A stretch of 64,000 nt of DNA from Glycera tridactyla (lineage: Eukaryota). Position numbers and translations under genes: made by a program. Positions 63,294 to 64,000 of the stretch are shown piece after piece (position 1 is the stretch's first letter; each line of letters starts with the position of its first letter). The notes under the pieces are model-generated. The model was not told where the DNA came from. It made no database searches and worked only from the letters and a program-made list of their open reading frames with translations. Location of the stretch: positions 24,738,001 to 24,802,000 of the forward strand of contig OZ286462.1 of NCBI GenBank assembly GCA_965644265.1, in the 5' to 3' direction.

Positions 63294-63300
63294 GTTTCCC
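63294..63300 (-). promoter_or_regulatory. Probable -1 ribosomal frameshift slippery site G GGA AAC at the gag-pol junction
   Basis: Minus strand CAG GGA AAC TAA (QGN-stop). The -1 frame (GGG AAA CTA ATC ... ATG GAC) is the protease frame. Confidence 0.7.
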
Positions 63301-63316
63301 TGCTGATTCTGAGAGG

Positions 63317-64000
63317 CTAAATAAACTGCACGTTGCGGGAAAGCATCTTGCTTTCTTCCCACTCTACAGCACAAGTTTTAGCTACATGACCTTTCTCACC
63401 ACAATTGTAACAAATTGCCTTTTCCAACCACTTGGGTTTCCACTTGGGTTTCGCACCATCATGTGGAAACGAAGGTTTCTCAATGACAGCACTAGCTGCA
63501 GCTACAACTGGAGTTTTGCTAGATAGTTGTAAACTCTTCGGGTTCTGAACCACTTGGTCTATCTGACCGGACAATTTCTTGGAAGCAGATCTAATATCAT
63601 ACAAAATGTCACTGTGCACAGGACTAGATTTACTAGAAGGATTAGAAATGGCTAAAGCAGCTAAACTAGTTTCATCTTCAAATGTACTAACATTATCTAA
63701 GAAAGATAAGTTAATAGAAGAAACAGACGCTGTTTTCTTATTCCTCATACACCTCCTCTTGCGCTCCTTGCTTTCACGCTCAAAAGCTTGCAACTGAGTA
63801 CTAAAATCTTGATACCCAGGATACTTGTCAAGGTCTTTGAGTTTGAACTCAGAAGTGATCATAAAGTGATCTGTAGACTGTAACCCTCTAAGAAAATAAT
63901 ATATTAGAGACTGATTCACATTAGTAAAATACTTAGGATCTACTCTCACCATTTCTGATATGACGTCATCTATTCTAGACAAGAAATCAGAGGGAGACTC
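63317..64000 (-). pseudogene. Gypsy gag C-terminal part, continuing beyond the window
   Basis: Zinc knuckle CYNCGEKGHVAKTC directly upstream of pol. Confidence 0.88.

Overview
This is eukaryotic genomic DNA of roughly 38-40% GC with five N-filled scaffold gaps. The repeat content suggests a marine invertebrate, which is inference. I recognised no intact host protein-coding gene, rRNA, canonical tRNA or CRISPR array; nearly everything identifiable is transposon-derived. Main elements: two 5'-truncated CR1/L2-clade LINEs (+; 5980-7666, nested inside a pogo-like MITE, and 33087-35848); a degenerate Penelope-like element with RT and C-terminal GIY-YIG endonuclease (-; about 12068-17488); and a degenerate Ty3/Gypsy retrotransposon (-; gag runs off the right edge) followed by a probable 4.4-4.8 kb LTR. 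There are also many MITEs and HINE/DINE-1-like non-autonomous repeats, a tRNA-derived SINE, a 61-bp minisatellite, and a nested tandem-duplication block at 43-50.6 kb. The most interesting signals are: (1) a near-identical 298-bp x3.6 array inserted with a 10-bp target-site duplication, with its empty site visible at 47700, each unit carrying two head-to-head tRNA/Pol III-like cassettes; (2) a minimal type-I hammerhead ribozyme at 9686-9724 and a second, one-mismatch hammerhead downstream of the Penelope ORF; (3) an old dispersed repeat family with 5 copies whose antisense reads as a conserved peptide ending DSSDxPLP-stop. Several stretches look like decayed coding sequence that I cannot assign without a database search.
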